NCBI GenBank assembly: GCA_000708835.1 | Contig: DF237053.1 | Coordinates: 1 to 64,000 of the forward strand | DNA from: Klebsormidium nitens | Lineage: Eukaryota; Plantae; Klebsormidiophyceae | Length of the DNA: 64,000 bases | Direction of reading: 5' to 3' | In this document: in pieces, positions 62,001 to 64,000 of the stretch | Position numbering within the stretch: the first letter of the stretch is position 1 | Layout: each line of letters opens with the position of its first letter | The notes under the pieces: generated by a model | What the model was told of the DNA's origin: nothing | The model's database searches: none | Seen by the model: the letters and a program-made list of their open reading frames with translations, nothing else | Position numbers and translations under genes: made by a program

Positions 62001-63596
62001 CTCCGCGGAGCACGATTGTGGCCGGGTATCATCTACACAAGCAACATAATGTCATGAACAAAGCAATCTGAAAAGCGACTCCAATACAGTTGCAAGACGC
62101 AGGTCGCCAACATCTCGCAGCGCCAAGTCCGTGGTTGCCATCGAAATCAGCAAAAGAAAACCTTGAAAAGATTCATCTGAATGAATTTCAAACTATCGAC
62201 GAACCACAGGTCGCCAACATCTCGCGGGGCGCCACGATCGTAGCTGCCATGGTGGATCTCCCGCTGGACGTGGCTTCGCTCGCGCTCGTGCTCGCGAGCG
62301 GCGCGCTCCTCTTCGTGGGCGGCGTGCGCGCGACGGACCTCGCCAACCGGGTGCTCACCGGCCTTCTCCTGCTGTCGCTTATTCTCACCATTCTTACCGG
62401 GTTAAGCCACGTGAGTGTGAACACTCCCGCTCATTTCTACTATTTCATTGGGCTGTTAAACGCGAGAGTAAATATTCTGGCCTCACGTGCGTTCTACCAC
62501 GCCAACGGGAGTCTCACCGGGCAGCTCCTGATGTCGCTCATTCTCACCGTACTCACCGGGTTGGCCACGTGCGTGTAAATACTTTCGTTCATGTCCTTTA
62601 CGGCGCTGGTGTGACTCAATGTAGATTCTCCTGGTTGCGAGCACGACTTTATCGGGTCATAGCACGTGCGTATCAAGGCTCTCAGATTCAATGCGCGTCT
62701 TGTCAGGACCGCGATCTATCCAGCGCTCGCGACGACAGATGCCAGTGTCTCTCGTATGTCAAGTCTTCTCACAGAGCTTTCCGTTTTCACTTACAGCACC
62801 CCGTTCTTCTGGAAAAATAGCCTGATTATGCATGTCTTTGGGACGACCAAACCGTGAAACCTCTGTTCCCCGTGAAACCTCTCTTTCCAGATGGAGGTTG
62901 GGCGGCTGACACGTGGCAGCTGGGCGGCGATCCCGGCGAGCCTGCCGGTCATCATGCAGGTGCTCAACTTCCTGTGCATGCTGCCGGTCGTGTGCAGCAT
63001 CCTGCGAGGTGAGAAAATTGATTTTTTCCAACAATCAAAACCAATGAAGTGCTGTATCTGGCTATATAGTTGAAACAGGGTTCTTCTTTCATCGAATCCA
63101 AGGTGCGAGTCAGCTCTCGAGGTTTTTTTGCTTTCAATGTATCGCAGGTCCTGTTCCGCTTTTCTCGGCCCGTTTGCAGACAGACCCCCGATCATGTTCT
63201 TCCTTTGACAAGCGTTGTGGAAGCGAACTTCTCTTCCTCCTTCTTAGGCGTCAGAATGAAAAGCATCGCTGCCGAAGAACCTCTGATTGTTCAGAACCAC
63301 GAACCTCTGACTCTTCAGTCGTAGAGCCATAGAGTCATAGAGCCATCAATGCTTGCCATCCGTTCCGCAGGCGAGATCCGGCTCATCCGTGTTGCCGTCA
63401 TCCTGGGGAGCGGAATTCCGCTCCTGCTGTACGTCGCCTGGGACGCCGTCGCCCTGGGCCTTCTTCCGGCCATGCCGCTGGCAATTCCGGCGCGCCAAAC
63501 GGACCCGGTGGAAGTGCTTATGGAAGCGCGGGGGGCGCATATGGGCGTCGTCCTCACTCTGTTCGCCTTCACAGCGGTCGCCACGACGATCATCGG
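59052..63596 (+). CDS. tyrP: Tryptophan/tyrosine permease (TyrP/Mtr family), 3'-incomplete in this window. Exons 59052-59975, 60544-60624, 61169-61300, 62210-62410, 62891-63008, 63371-63596
   Basis: GATLLITGSTISGGALALPAVT|DLGFIPSAVSMTGCWLF..EGLLLAE matches the family start (G..LIAGT.IGAG.LALP....GF.PS). Later motifs include WAAIPASLPVI, IRVAVILGSGIPLLLYVAWDAVALG, DPVEVLM and FAFTAVATTIIG. Phases 0,0,0,0,1 join. Confidence 0.88.
59169..59273 (+). repeat. Coding 21-bp minisatellite, 5 units (xVGxxxS) in the permease N-terminus
   Basis: HVGASDS LVGSADS VVGTSKS YVGSAEF AVGVSDS. Confidence 0.85.
61893..62240 (+). repeat. Four copies of the exon-4 acceptor and first codons (cag|gtcgccaacatct) at 61896, 61990, 62103 and 62210
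   Basis: Read directly; the 61896 copy is degenerate. Confidence 0.85.
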
Positions 63597-63727
63597 GTTA
63601 GTGACGGTTATCTGTTTTCGATTCTAGAACTTTGGGGTTTGTATACTTTTCGTTCAATGTTTCGTAGCCTGAGTATCCGCTTGTTTTGCCTTCACAGCGG
63701 TCGCCACAACCATCATCGGGTTAGTGA
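63563..63727 (+). repeat. Duplication of the exon-6 3' end and donor (63563-63604 / 63686-63727)
   Basis: gccttcacagcggtcgccac(g/a)ac(g/c)atcatcgggttagtga, offset 123 bp. Confidence 0.9.
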
Positions 63728-64000
63728 AGGTTCAATTTTGGGTTTAGGATGTTAGGGTTTTGGATCCTTATCGTCGACCGGTTTTGAAGACTTTGTCGTC
63801 CGATCTCCAAAGCTCTTCGCCTTCGAAACGCTTGTAGGAGCTCGCGACAAAAGCCGTCCTTAGACTTTTATTCTTGCAGCTGTTTGTAAAAATATAAGCC
63901 TTCGAGAAGAAAACGAAATGAGATTGTGCTAACGGGAAACTACAGAATGGTTATCGGTCAGAAAATGAGGATACGAATGAGAGGACTACGCCCAACAAAC

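Noticed and set aside
1-64000. CRISPR arrays, tRNA, rRNA, intact transposase or reverse transcriptase ORFs
   Set aside because: None recognisable on reading either strand.

Overview
Intron-rich (GT-AG) eukaryotic nuclear DNA. It carries land-plant-type regulators (B-box, NF-YA, plant-type PsbQ and HYD1) together with ciliary genes (WDR93-like, PGY-repeat protein). This points by inference to a flagellate-producing streptophyte alga such as Klebsormidium. Positions 1-9.7 kb hold repeats and decayed coding remnants. After that, manually spliced models support about 11 genes: organellar YchF (+), WDR93-like (+), a SUMO-like protein lacking di-Gly (-), sterol delta8-delta7 isomerase (+), a BBX28/29/32-type B-box protein (+), PsbQ (-), an F-box/LRR protein (-), USE1 (+), NF-YA (+), a FAM166/CIMIP2-like PGY-repeat protein (-) and a TyrP-family permease (+, runs off the window). 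Three observations stand out. (1) The B-box exon splices in frame to a domain that reads as a cyclin box and also resembles the uncharacterised C-terminal domain of plant BBX32. (2) Two genes show recurrent duplications centred on splice junctions, leaving extra acceptor and donor copies in introns. (3) There is a 1-nt phase mismatch at the last ychF intron, plus a non-conjugatable SUMO-like gene. All family assignments come from motif recognition by eye; no database search was run.
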